A stretch of 64,000 bases of DNA from assembly GCF_016433145.1 (NCBI RefSeq), contig NC_058130.1:738124911-738188910 (forward strand). The letters run 5' to 3'. This document shows positions 11,914 through 24,860 of the stretch, in pieces. The notes below the pieces were generated by a model. That model ran no database searches. It worked only from the letters and a program-made list of their open reading frames with translations, and was not told the origin of the DNA. Source of the DNA: Gracilinanus agilis (Eukaryota). Position 1 is the first letter of the stretch. Each line of letters opens with the position of its first letter. Both the position numbers and the translations under genes were made by a program.

Positions 11914-12911
11914 AGAATATGAGCTTCTTGAAGACAGGAGTGACTTTTGCTTTTCTTCTCTCCCTACCCTTAGCTCAGGGCATAGCCCATAGGAGGTATT
12001 TAATAGTTCTTGTTAAACAATCAGCTGGTGTGGTAAGAACAAGGGGCCTAGAGGAAAAAAGACCTGAATTCAAATCCAGCTTCAGATACTTTCTCCTGAC
12101 CAAAAGTCATTTTACCTGTCTGCCTCAGTTTTCTCATATGCAAAATGGTGCTAAAAACAGTACTTATCACCCAGGGTTGTTGTGGGGCTCAAATGAGATA
12201 ACATTTGTAAAGTACTTTGCCAAATAAATGTTAGTGATTGTTATTCTTTTTACATGTAACTAATAAGCACTTATTATAATTGCAGATTAAGCTATTTAAA
12301 GTCACTAACTACATTCTTTAAGACAATACACTAAAGTTTTAATTTTAGACTTTTATTGTATTACATGGGGGAATTGGAGGGTGGTTACACAATGTTCACT
12401 ATCACTTTCCATCCTGAATATATAAAGTATAACTTGCTAATCCTTTTATCACTGCATTATAACAATAATTAGAATACAGAATTTCTTACTAAGTAATTAC
12501 TACAAATGAAAACACTCAAAATAACCTTAAATATATTCCTTCAAAGTTAATTTAGGATATATTAGTAGGCCTACTTATGCTTAAGAATTGAAGGATATGG
12601 ATTTTATGGAACTATTATGGGAAATTCCTTGGGCAACCAATATTTAGGGACAACTCTAAAATGTTATGAAAAAATATTTCCATTTTTATTTTTGTAAATA
12701 TATCCATGTCATCATCTACATGATGTAGGAAGAAACTTATGAGACTTCTGATGAGGTCATATATACAAAGTTTTTAGTCCTTCAAAAGAACTTGATCTCT
12801 AAAGCTAACTTATAATTACTAAGTATTTCATTAGAAATCTTTATAGCTAATTTACAACTACTAAGTAATTATAAATCTTTATAGCTAATTTATAATTACT
12901 AGGTATTTCAT

Positions 12912-13175
12912 TAGATCAACTAAATGGCACAGTGGCTAGAATTCTGGGCCCACTAGTCAGAAAAACTCAGCTTCCTGAGTTTGAATCTGTCTTCAGACAT
13001 TTATTAGCTGTGTGATCCTGCACAAATCACTTAACCTTATTTGTCTCAGTTTCCTCCTCTGTAAAATGAGCTGGAGAAAAAAAATGGGAAACCATCCTAG
13101 GCATCTTTGCCAAGAAAACCCTCAATGGGATCATGAAGAATCAGACATAACTGGAAAAGGAATGAATAACAAGTA
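12912..13175 (+). mobile_element. MAR1-type CORE-SINE with RTE-derived tail
   Basis: tRNA-like head, CORE (ctcagtttcctcctctgtaaaatg) and tail ggagaa...gcatctttgccaagaaaacc...cagacataactg. Confidence 0.75.
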
Positions 13176-13339
13176 TTTCATTGAAACCAAAATAATCTAC
13201 TAAAAGCTCCTATAAATGAAAACTCCAACAAACTAAGGACAGTAAATAATTGGCATCATTATTCAGAAAATTATGGCTGTTTCTTAAGGAGTAAAAAGTT
13301 CAGTACCAGATATAATCTTTTTATATTCATCTATACATA

Positions 13340-13589
13340 TGTATAAGTGGAAATTTTGTACCTTTTAAACTACATTCCCCAGAATTTCTTTCATCTCCCA
13401 GCATCCCTTTCCCTGCACCCTCACGTTTGCATCTTCGCATGTTCATAAATTTGCTGTAAGCTGATCCTCTCTCCTCTCTTCTCTCGCAACCAGAGATGGG
13501 TTAGCTGCCTTTTTACTTCAGCTTGTTTATTTTTCTTCAAGTTTTGATTCTAAGACAGAAATTAAGGTGTTTTTTTAATCGCTTTTACA
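13340..13589 (+). mobile_element. Short solo LTR
   Basis: tgta...ttttaca termini; shares gaaattttgtacct, cccagaatt and tagctgccttttt...cagcttgtttattttt with 57548-57812. Confidence 0.6.
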
Positions 13590-16424
13590 CAGATAAAAAA
13601 TATAGAAATGTTTTTAAAATAGTCCTTTTTTTAAAACTAACAGATCTTATTCCATGAGATACCTTAGAAACAGGTTCTTGTATAGAATCCTTTCACCTTG
13701 TAGTTTTTGCATGCACTTAACTGGACTGAGTCTATTGTACATAATCTTCAGAGCACACCAGAATGTAAGAATGCTGGGCCTGAAGTCAGAAAAATTTACC
13801 TTCCTGAGTTCAAATCCAAGTTCAGAGCTGATATGCCAAGAATGACATATCAAGACCCAGTGTAAGCCTTTCTGCTGCATGAAGAAACATGATACCAACA
13901 AAAAGCATAGATAAGATATTCTGGAACTACAAGAGGATTGTACATTGGATTGATCCATTGATTGGTCAGTTTTTCAGTTGTGTCTGACTTCATTATCCTG
14001 TGGACCATACTGGTCATGAGGTTTTCTTGGCAAAGGCACTGCAGTGGCTTGCCATTTCCTTCTTCAGGATTGGTCTCTAGGATTCTTGTAATCAGTCTGC
14101 AGGTCATCAAATGCCATCATGGGCCAGATGGTGAAGAAGATGAGCACAGCAGTGAGCAAGAACACCAGTATGTTGCAGAAGGCTGTCAACGTGAATGCCT
14201 TGGCTCAGAGGAGAGGAAAAGTGTGATAATTGTTGACTTATCCTTGACTGTCATACTCCCACCTCTTCCTCTCCTAATCCATAATACGGAGTAATGTAAG
14301 TGAAAACCCTCTCGCTCTGTACTACTGGCCACCTCAGCCCTTTCCCTCCCAAATTCCTGTCTTACTCAGTCCTCCCTTTCTCTAGAAGTTAGTCTCTATC
14401 TTCTGTCATCTATAGTTACAAACTTCCCTTAATCTCAGACCTTTTCTTCCCAGGTTTCTTCCATATTCTTTTTTTTTTTCTCTCTCACAAGTTTACTTAC
14501 ATTACTTTTATTTTTCCTTGCACAATTATTAGGCATTATAATTCTCAATTCACAGGATGATTTATACATTTTGATATTCTACTATCATATGAAAACACTT
14601 AAAAAATCTTTTATAAATCAACTAGCTGCCCAAATATACAGATGTGCTAATGAAAACTTTCTTATAACTCAAGGTTGAGAAGGAGCCCCTTGAAATTAGG
14701 GAAAATATTGAGTTTCTAAGGCTTGGATTTAACTTATTCCTGCTAGGGCGGTATCAAGATGTAACATTTATTTAGTAAACTCTAATCTACCACAGGAGGG
14801 ATATTCTGGGTGAGCTCTTTTAAATGCTGGAAATCTGATTTTTAGATATCCTCTATAGAGCTGATCAGTGTCCCAATATTTCCACATACCCTCCAACATT
14901 TAGCATTTTCCTTTTTTGGTCATGTTTGCCAATCATGGGAGGTGTGAGGTGGTACTTCAGTTGTTTTAATTTGCATTTCTCTAATTAACAGGGATTTGGA
15001 GCATTTTTTCATATGACTATAGATTATTTTAATCTCTTCCTCTGAGAAATGCCTGTTCACATCTTTTGACCATTTCTTGATTGAGGAATGTTTTATATTC
15101 TTATAAATTTGACCTGATTCTCTATATATTTGAGAAATGAGGCTTTTGTCAGAGATCCTTGCTATAAAAATTTCCCTAAATTTGTTGTTTCCCTTCTAAT
15201 CTTGGCTGCATTGGCTCTATTTATTCAGAACCTTTTTTAATGTAATCAAAATTATCTATTTTAATTTACATTTTACAGACATTTATTTTATTTACAAAAA
15301 TCATTTTTTGTATTGTTCTCTATGTTTTGTTTAGTCATAAATTCTTTCCTTATCCATAAGTCTGACAGGTAAACTTTTCCATGATCCCCTGATTTGTTTA
15401 TGGTGTCACCCTTTATTTCTAGATCAAGTATTCATTTTGAATTTATTTTGGTGTATGGTGTCAGATGTTGGTCTATGAATAATCTCTGCCATATTATTCT
15501 CTCAGTTTTCCCAGTAGTTTTTGTCAAATAGTGAGTTCTTTCCCCAAAATCTTAGATCTTTGGGTTTATTGAACACTAAATTGCTATGAACATTAACTGC
15601 CATGTGTTGGTTACCTTATCTACTCCACTGATCCACTACTCTATTTCTTAGCCAGTGCCAGATTGTTTTGATGATTATTGCTTTATATTATAGCTTGATA
15701 TCTGGTACAGTCACATCTCTTTCCTTCATATTTTTTTCATTAATTCTCCTGATATTCTTGGCCTTTTGTTCTTCCAGATGAACTTTGTTGTTATTTTTTC
15801 TACTTATATGAAATAATTTTTGGGTGGTTTCATTGGTATTGCACTGAATAGGTAAATTAATTTAGGTAGGCTTGCCATTTTCCCTATTTTGGCTTGGTCT
15901 ATCCATGTTTTTCTGATTGTTTAGATCTGACTTTATTTGTGTGAAGTGTTTTGTAATTGTGTTCATATAATTTCTAAGTTTGTTTTGGTAGGTATATCCC
16001 AGGTATTTTATATTGTCTAGAGTTATTCTGAATAGATTTTCCTTTTCTATCTCTTGCTATTGGATTTTGTTGGTGGTAAATAGAATGCTGATGGTCTATG
16101 TGGATTTTTTTATATCCTGTTTATATAATGTTTATATAATATAGATTTCTATATAATAGAAATATAAATAATGTTTATATAATAGAAATAATTATTTCTA
16201 TTAGATTTTTTGTTAGTTTTCTAGGGTTCTTTAGGTATATCATCATATTGTCTGCAAAGAGTGATAACTTTGTTTCTTCATTGCCTATTCTCATTCCTTT
16301 AGTTGTTTTTTTTTTCCTCTTATTGCTATAGTGAGCATTTCTAACACAATAGTGAATAGCAGTGGTGATAATGGGCATTCTTGCTTTACCCCAGTCTTAT
16401 TGGAAAGAGTCTTATTTTGTCCCC

Positions 16425-17064
16425 TGTGAAGAGAGAATTAGACTCTCTCAGTTTGTTCTTAATGTAATCAATCAGCAACCTTAAATTTAATCAAATCAAG
16501 AACTTAAAGTACCCCTTTTTAGCACCAAGCTAACCATTAAGAGAGTTCACAAGTCACTTACTAGCTCACACCTCCAAAGCCTACAAGCAGTGCCCTTCCC
16601 CCCAGTGCTAGGCAAATTGGGAGGCTGTGATTGGTTCCCATGAAGTAGGGGAGCAACAGGAAGTGACTTTGAGAAAATTACTTTATAAAGACCAGCCGGA
16701 GAATTTTGGGATTCACTCTGTTTCAGTGAGCTGGGCTGGAGGAAAACTCTTGGAAGGGGCCACATTGTCCTAGACTCATCCTTGACTGGAGCTTTCTATG
16801 CTGGAGAGGCTTGCTGGGTGAGTGACTTGGGCTGAAGGAACCCAGGGGGGATGAGCCAGACTTCACCAGATCAACATGTAGGTTGGTAGGCTAGATAAGA
16901 CTCTGTCTCCTTCCTACATTTCCCATTTTCAATATCTCTACCTTGTTGTAAATAAAAGCTGCTAACAGTCATTTTTTACTTAAGGGCTAATATTTTATAA
17001 ATGGCGACCACAATATCACTTTTATAACTCTCATATTTAGTCAAACCTAATTTTAAATCTTACA
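16425..17064 (+). mobile_element. Solo ERV LTR, 640 bp
   Basis: TGTGAAGA...TCTTACA termini, 4-bp TSD cccc (16421-16424, 17065-17068), CCAAT box 16629-16634, ETS caggaagt 16657-16664, TATA-like 16682-16689 and AATAAA 16951-16956. Confidence 0.88.
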
Positions 17065-17331
17065 CCCCATTACACATAATGCTTGCTTATGGTTTTAGAT
17101 AGATGCCATTCATTACTTTAAGGAAAGTTTCCTTTATTCCAATGTTTTCTAATATTTTTATAAGGAATGAGTGTTGTGTTTTGTCAGATGCTTTTTCTGC
17201 TTCTATTGAAATAATCATGTGGTTTCTATTGATTTGGTCAATTATGCTGATGGTTTTCTTAATATTGAAACATCCTCCTGAATTCCTGATGTAAAACTCA
17301 TCTAATTTTAGTGTATTATTCTTGTGATAAA

Positions 17332-18460
17332 GGAGACAGATGTCATCTGCGAAGTCAAGGTCCTCAAGCTGCTTGGTGTGAGTCCATTGAATGCCCGTAT
17401 TGTTGTCCTTGGTAATTCTTCTCATGGTCCAATCTATGACCATCAAGAAGATAAGGGGCAAAAACATGCAGCCTTGCTTCACTCTGGTTTTCACTGTGAA
17501 GGGAGCCGTCAGTTTCCCATTATGGATGACCTGGCAGGTAAAGTCTTCGTATAGCTGCTGGATGATGTTGATGAGCTTTGGGGGAATCCCGTAATGCTGC
17601 ATCAGTCTCCAGATGATGCTCCTGTCCACGCTGTCAAATGCCTTCTCAAAATCCACGAAAGTCATGTAGAGGGGGGACTTTCTCACAAGCAGCAGGATGC
17701 GCAAGCCAAACTTGCACGACTCTCTGAAGAAGCAGAGAAGACAGGTCTGAAGATCAACAAGAAGAAGACCAGGTGATCACAGTCAACAGCACACAAGACC
17801 TGCCAATCCAACTACAGGGAGAAAACATCAAGGAGACAGACCACTTCACCTATTTGGGTAGCATAGTCAGTAAGGACGGCGGAGCAGATGAGGACATCAG
17901 AAACCGAATCAACAAAGCCAGACAGGCATTTAACACCCTGCGGTCTGTCTGGATCTCCAAAGCACTGTCCCTCGTCACTAAGCTCCGAATCTTCAATACC
18001 AACGTAAAGGCCGTCCTCCTATATGGATCAGAAAGCTGGAGAGTGATGAGCGCTAACACCAATAAACTCCAGGTCTTTGTTAACAGATGTCTACGTCACA
18101 TCTTGAACATCAGATGGCCTGAAAAGATCTCCAATGCTAGTCTCTGGGAAAGAACAATCTAGTATCCCATTAGTCAGGACATAAAGAAACGTAAGTGGAG
18201 ATGGATAGGACATACGCTACGATAACCGGAGGACAACGTAGCCAGACAAGCATTGAGCTGGAACCCTTCAGGGAGGAGGAAAGTTGGAAGACCAAAACAG
18301 ACCTGGCGAAGATCTGCCGAAAATGAAACAAAAACGGTCGGAATGACATGGGCCCAACTGGGGGAAGTTGCCCAGAACAGAGTCCGTTGGCATGAGATGG
18401 TTGCGGCCCTATGCTCCTAAAAAGGAGTAAACAGGAGTAATAATAATAATAATAATAATA
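17332..18460 (+). mobile_element. RTE-clade LINE, 5'-truncated with a 5' inversion (about 17332-17678 inverted)
   Basis: Minus strand reads YMTFVDFEKAFDSV...VKQGC...LEDLDFADDICLL; plus strand continues LSHKQQ...GLKINKKKT...FTYLGS...LLYGSESW...WRWIGHTLR...GRPKQTW. (TAA)n tail; 14-bp TSD attcttgtgataaa (17318-17331, 18461-18474). Confidence 0.93.
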
Positions 18461-19269
18461 ATTCTTGTGATAAAATGTTGCAATCTCCTTCCTAGTATTT
18501 TATTTAAAATTCTTGTATCAATATTCATTAGGGAGATTTGTCTATAGTTTTCTTTTTCTGTTTTATCTCTTCCTGTTTTGAGTATCAATACAATATTTGT
18601 TTTGTAAAAAGAATTTTGAAGGATTCCCTCTTTCCCTGTTTTTCTAAATAGTTTATGTACTATTGAAGTTAGTTGTTCTTTGAATGTTTGGTAAACTCCC
18701 TTGTGAATTCATCTGGTCCTGGGGCCTTTTTCTAAGGGTGTTCTTTGGTAGTTTATTCGATTTCTTTTTTTCTGAAGGGGTTGTTTAAGGATCTGATGCT
18801 TTATAGAAGTAAACAGTACAACTAAGGAATATAAAAAAGCCAGATTCTACTTTATCAGACCATATTTTCAGATCAATTCTCTATAAAAGTTAACTCCTTT
18901 TTTTAAACTCTTACCTTCTATCTTGGAGTCAATACTGTGTATTGGTGCCAAGGCAGAAGAGTGGTAAGGGTAGGCAATGGGGGTCAAGTGACTTGCCCAG
19001 GGTCACACAGCTGGAAGTGACTGAGGCTGAGGAAAATGAAGAGAGGAACCAGAATGGAGTTACCAATCCAGATATAATACTTATGTTCAGAAGGAGCAAA
19101 GGTCTTAATTTTCATTGTGTGAGATACCAGGACTAAGATTTCTTTCTATATTTTGTCAGTAATATCACAATACATTAGTACAACCAGAATAAGAGATCAA
19201 ATCAGTAACAGTTCAACAATCTAAAAATCATGTTACCATTAGATCCTTTTGAACACAAATCTTATACTT

Positions 19270-21504
19270 GGTGATAGACTAATTTCTTTTTTTAATTCAA
19301 TTTTACTTTATTCTTGGTTCTGGATTATCTCTCCCCCTCTTCTCATTCCCTCACCCATTGAGAGGGAAAGAAAAACAATCAATTACAAATATATACTCAC
19401 GCAAAACAAATTTCTACTTTAGCCAAGAAAGAATTAAAAAAGAAACAGAGAAATAAATAAAGAGAAGAAAGTATGCTTCATTCTGTACTCTGGATTCATC
19501 AGCTCTCTTTCTGGAGGTGAACAGTTCATACAAATCTTTCCTAGTTTTTCTGAAACCATTCCCTTCATCACTTTTTATACCACAATAATATTCCATTGCA
19601 TTCATATACCATAACTTATTCAGTCAAATTCCTATCAATGGACATTCCCTCATTTTCCAATTCTATGCCACCACAAAAAAAGCTGCTATAAATATTTTTG
19701 TCCTTGATCCTGTTTTCTCACATTGCCTCCGGTATTTGTCATTTTCTTTTTTTATCATCTTAGCAGTCCAAAGAGCATGAGATGGTACTTTAGAATTGCT
19801 TTAATTTGCATTTTTCTAGATATTAGTGATTTATAACATTTTTTCATATGTCTTTGGATAGCTTGGATTTCTTCCTCTGAAGACTACATATTCATATCCT
19901 TTGAGCATTTATATTTGGGAAATAATTCTTAGTCTTGTAAATTTGATTTTGTTTCCTATATATCTTAGAAATGAGACCTTTATCAGAAAAACTTGCTATA
20001 AAGATCCCCCCCCCCCCAGTTTTCTGCTTTTCTTCTAATCTTGGCTACATTGGTTTTGTTTGGGTAAAAATGGTTTAATTTTATGTAATCAAAATTATCC
20101 ATTTTGCCTCTTGTGAATTATTCTATTTCTTGTTTGACCTTGTACTAAGATGGTAATTTCTTCCATGTGCCACTAATGTGCTTATGATGTCATTTTTTAT
20201 GTCTAAATTGTGTGCCCATTTTGAGCTTTTCTTGGTATGTATTGTGAGATACTGGTCTACACCTAGTTTCTGTCAGACTACTTTTCAGTTCCCCAACAGT
20301 TTTTGTTTAGTAGTGAATTCTTTGAGTTTATCCAGTTTATCTTGTTTTTGTTTTTGTTTTTGTTCTTCCTAAAGGAAAACAGTTTCTGCCTCCAATATAG
20401 GATTAATTATTTTATTTCCTGTTCTGTTCATTTAGGTAATTTATATTTTTGTAAGTATTCAACCACTTCATTCAAATTATCAAATTTATTGACACATATT
20501 TGGGTAAAATAGCTCCTAATAATTGCTTTTATTTCTTCTTCATCAGTTGTGAATTCACCTTTTTTATTTTTTGATACTGGTAATTAGGTTTTCTTATTTC
20601 TCCCACCTGCCCCTATCAAATTGGCCGATAGTGTATCTATTTTTATTTTGTGTAGGTTTCTCCACCCAAAAAAAAATCAGTTCCTAGTTTTATTTATTAA
20701 TTCAATGTTGTTGTTTTTAACTTTCAATTTTGTTTAAATCTCCTTTGATCTTCAGGATTTCTACTTTGGCATTTTATTAGGTGTTTTTAAGTTATTGGTT
20801 TTCTAGAATTTTTAGTCGGATGCCCATCTTGTTGATCTGCTTTTTCTTTCTTTTATTGATGCAAGCATCTAAAGATATAACTACTTCTATGGCTGTATCT
20901 CACAAATTTTGGGATATTATCTCATTGTTGTCATCATGAATTTATTATATATATTGAATAATGAAATTATTGATTTCTATGATTTGTTCTTTGACCCATT
21001 TATTCTTTAGAATTAAGTTATTTGGTTTCTAATTATTTTTTAATCTATGCTTCAAAGACCCTTAATTGAATATAATTTTATTGTATTATCATCAGAAAAA
21101 TACATTTAATATTTCTGATTTTCTGTAACTGTTTGTGAGGTTTCACTGTCCTAATACATGATCAATTTTGTGATGGCTCCATGCAGAGCTGATAAATAAA
21201 AAAGATAGATAAAAATAATTTCTGTTGCCATTCAATATTCTCCAAATTTCTATCATATATAACTTTTCTAAAATTTTACTCCTCTTCTTAACTTTTTTCT
21301 TATTTATTTTTTGGTTAATTTTATCTAAGTCTGAGAAGGTAAATTGAGGCCCCATTACTATTATATTTTTACTGACTATTTTCTCCTATAACTTATTTAG
21401 ATTTTTCCTTTAAGAATTTGTACACTTTGCAGTTTGGTACATGTGTTTAGTATTTCTATTAATTTACTGTCTGTAGTACCTTTTTAAAAATGTAGTTCTC
21501 TTGG
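19270..21504 (-). mobile_element. Composite old L1 fragments (3' UTR, ORF2 3' part, endonuclease region), ending at a gap
   Basis: Minus-strand peptide EIWRILNG...FISSAWSHHKIDHVLG (L1 endonuclease) and ORF2/3' UTR-like sequence. Confidence 0.7.
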
Positions 21505-22117
21505 NNNNNNNNNNNNNNNNNNNNNNNNNNNNNNNNNNNNNNNNNNNNNNNNNNNNNNNNNNNNNNNNNNNNNNNNNNNNNNNNNNNNNNNNNNNNNNNN
21601 NNNNNNNNNNNNNNNNNNNNNNNNNNNNNNNNNNNNNNNNNNNNNNNNNNNNNNNNNNNNNNNNNNNNNNNNNNNNNNNNNNNNNNNNNNNNNNNNNNNN
21701 NNNNNNNNNNNNNNNNNNNNNNNNNNNNNNNNNNNNNNNNNNNNNNNNNNNNNNNNNNNNNNNNNNNNNNNNNNNNNNNNNNNNNNNNNNNNNNNNNNNN
21801 NNNNNNNNNNNNNNNNNNNNNNNNNNNNNNNNNNNNNNNNNNNNNNNNNNNNNNNNNNNNNNNNNNNNNNNNNNNNNNNNNNNNNNNNNNNNNNNNNNNN
21901 NNNNNNNNNNNNNNNNNNNNNNNNNNNNNNNNNNNNNNNNNNNNNNNNNNNNNNNNNNNNNNNNNNNNNNNNNNNNNNNNNNNNNNNNNNNNNNNNNNNN
22001 NNNNNNNNNNNNNNNNNNNNNNNNNNNNNNNNNNNNNNNNNNNNNNNNNNNNNNNNNNNNNNNNNNNNNNNNNNNNNNNNNNNNNNNNNNNNNNNNNNNN
22101 NNNNNNNNNNNNNNNNN
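21505..22117. other. Assembly gap (N run)
   Basis: Ns in the sequence. Confidence 1.
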
Positions 22118-22619
22118 CCATGACTGCTACCCCTGCCCTTTTTTTTTACTTCAGCTGAAGTATAATAATTTTCTCTAGTCCCCTATTTTACCTCTATGTG
22201 TAACTTTGTTTCGTGCCTCTTATAAACAATGTATTATTAGATTGTTTCTAATCAATTCTGCTTTTCCCTTCCATTTTATGAATGAGTTTGTCCTATTTGC
22301 ATGCAGTTATGACTGTTAACTGTATTTGCCTGTATCCTAATCTCTCCTATTTATTCTTTTCCCTATCTTCTCTTTAATAGTCTATTTTCTTCTGTCCACT
22401 GTTGCTCCTAATCTACCCTCTCTCTTTTCCTCCCCCTTTCTTTTATCTCTTTCCCTCCTACTTCCCTTCTGGGAAAGACAAATTTTTGTGCCCTATTATA
22501 TATATATGCTATTCTTCCTTCCTTTAACCAGTTCAGCAGAGACAGGAGTTCAGATATTGCCTGCTTCCCATCCCCTCTCAGCCTTCCCTGTATAAACTCT
22601 TCTTTGAATGATTCTTTTT

Positions 22620-22822
22620 TTTTTTTTTAACTTTTATTGTCTGTCTTAGAATCAATACTGTGTATTGGTTCCAAGGCAGAAAAGCAGTAAGGGCTAGGCA
22701 ATAGGGGTTAAGTGACATGGCCAGGGTCACACAGCTGGGAAATGTCTGAGGTCAGATTAGAATTTGGGACCTCCTATCTCTAGGCCTAACTTTTAATACA
22801 CTGAGCCACCTAGCTGCCTCCT
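22620..22822 (-). mobile_element. SINE1-family copy
   Basis: Reverse complement resembles the SINE1 copies above; ends approximate. Confidence 0.8.
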
Positions 22823-24626
22823 GAATGACTCTTTTGTGCAAGAAAATTATCCTTGATTGTTCTTACCCTTCCATTCTTCTTTTGAGATCATCCAAACTTA
22901 ATAGAATAACACTCAGACTCTCTAGTTAATTACTCCAAGACACTTGGTGATGATAAAGTTCTGAGGGGTTATGTATTATTTCCCCATATAAGAATATAAA
23001 AAAAAATAACCTTATTTGACTTCTCACTCATACTTACCTTTTAGTGCTTCTCTTGAGTTCTGTGTTTGAGTCCTGTGTTTGAATGTTAAATTTTCTATCC
23101 AGCTTTGGTCTTTTCTTTAGGAATGCTTGAAAAACCCTCCATTTTATTAAAGTTCCACTTGAAAAGTATACAGTTTTGTTGTGTAGGATATTCTTGGTTG
23201 TAATCCTAGATCCTTTGCTTTCTGGAAACCATATTCTAAGCTTTCCATTCCTTTAAATGGTGGCTGTTAAATCTTTTGTAATCCTGACTATGGTTCCTTG
23301 GTACTTGAATTCTTTATTTTTGGCTGCTTGTACTATGTTGCTGTTGTGTTTTTTTTCTTGACCTGGGAGCTAAGGGTTTTGACTATAATATTCTCATGAA
23401 TTTTCATTTTGGAGTTTCTTTCATTTTCTAATTTCAGGTGGACCAGTGGATTATTTCAATTTCTACTTCATTCTCTAGCTCTAAGATTATATCTATCTGA
23501 GCTGTTTTCTTTTATAATTTATTGAAATATGATGTTTAAACTTTTTTTTTCAATCATGACTTTCAGGAAGTTCAAAAACTCTTGTTATTTCTCCTGGATC
23601 TATTTTCTAAGTCAGCTGTTTTCACTATGAAGCATTTTACATTTTCTTCTATTTTTTTCAGGCTTTTGACTTTGCTTTATTATTTTTTTAAGCCCTTATC
23701 TTCTATATTAGAATCAATACTTGATTCTAAGGCAGAAAAGTGTCAAGGTCTAGTCAATGGAGGTTAAACAACTTGTCCAGAGTTACACAGCTAGGAAGTA
23801 TCTAAGGCCAGATTTGAACCCAGGACCTCCTACCTCTAGGCCTGGCTCTCATTCCACTGAGCCACCTAGCCGCTCTTTTGCTTTGTTACTTCTTGATGTC
23901 TCATGGAATCATTAGCTTCTATTTTGTCAATTATAATTTTCAAAGAGTTATTTTCTTTAATAAAGTTTCATACCTCTTTTGTTGTTTTTTTGTTTGGTCT
24001 CAGTTGTTTTTCAGTCATGTCCAACTCTTTGTGACTTCAGTTGGAGCTTTCTTGGCAAAGGAATATAAATGCCCACCTTCATGAAAGGTGCCCTTTAGAC
24101 AGTCCTCTGATGTCCAAATTCTCCCTGCCTCCAGCCAACTGGTCTATATGCTTATTGGAAGAATCACCCTTTCTTCCATGGCCTGTAAAAGTGAGGAGAT
24201 AGGCTTTTCCTCCTTTTTCTTTCCTATGAACTTCCAGACTGAAGCACAGAAGAATGGATCCTTGTGTCAGGGGAGAAGGATACTCTTACTACCTGGAGAA
24301 ATTGATGGTGACTTGTTGGAAAAGGCATGCAGTGGGCTGTATGTGCTTACCCAAGTGGGCTGAGGTTGCTAGAACTTTTCACTTTTCTTTCCTCTGGATA
24401 GACTTTTCCCTACCCAAGTAGCCTGGACATGTGGAGATTTCTACAGAAGCACATGGCAGAGGGAGACTTTTCAAACATGCCCTGAGAGGGAAAGATCTTG
24501 CTGGCCTTGCAGTTTATCATGTAAATAATCCTAAATTTGGGCGATCCCAAGGGGAAAAGTTAGGTCCCCAGTCTGAGAAGGAGAAGGCTCCATCAACAGT
24601 ATGCTTTTTCAGAAGGAAGAGAATTC

Positions 24627-24860
24627 GGGCAGCTGGGTAGTTCAGTGGATTGAAAGCCAGGTCTAGAGATGGGAGTTTCTAAATTCAAATCTGGCCTCAG
24701 ACACTTCCTAGCTGTGACCCTGGGCAAATCATTTAACCCCTATTGCCTAACCCTTACTGCTCTTCTGCCTTGTAACCAATACATAGTATTGATTCTAAGA
24801 CAGAGGATAAGGGTTGTTTTGTTTTCTTTTGTTTTGTTAATAAAAACAAATTTTAAAAAA
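24627..24860 (+). mobile_element. SINE1-family copy
   Basis: gggcagctgggtagttcagtgg...gtgaccctgggcaaatcatttaacccc...A-rich tail; ends approximate. Confidence 0.8.

Larger units (their letters stand above)
14875..18790 (-). mobile_element. Old L1 ORF2 (antisense) interrupted by a solo LTR and an RTE
   Basis: L1 RT motifs on the minus strand: TKLSLFADNMMIYLKNP (16175-16378 ORF) and FNIKKTISII...NHMIISIEAEKASDKTQH (17090-17300). The sequence is continuous across both insertions. Ends are approximate. Confidence 0.85.

Noticed and set aside
17087-17704. 205-aa ORF resembling a single reverse transcriptase
   Set aside because: Chance in-frame fusion of the inverted RTE segment with the older L1 it inserted into; the TSD marks the boundary.
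21459-22178. ORFs made mostly of X residues (also near 4800-5100, 7321-7695 and 52900-53640)
   Set aside because: Artefacts of N gaps.
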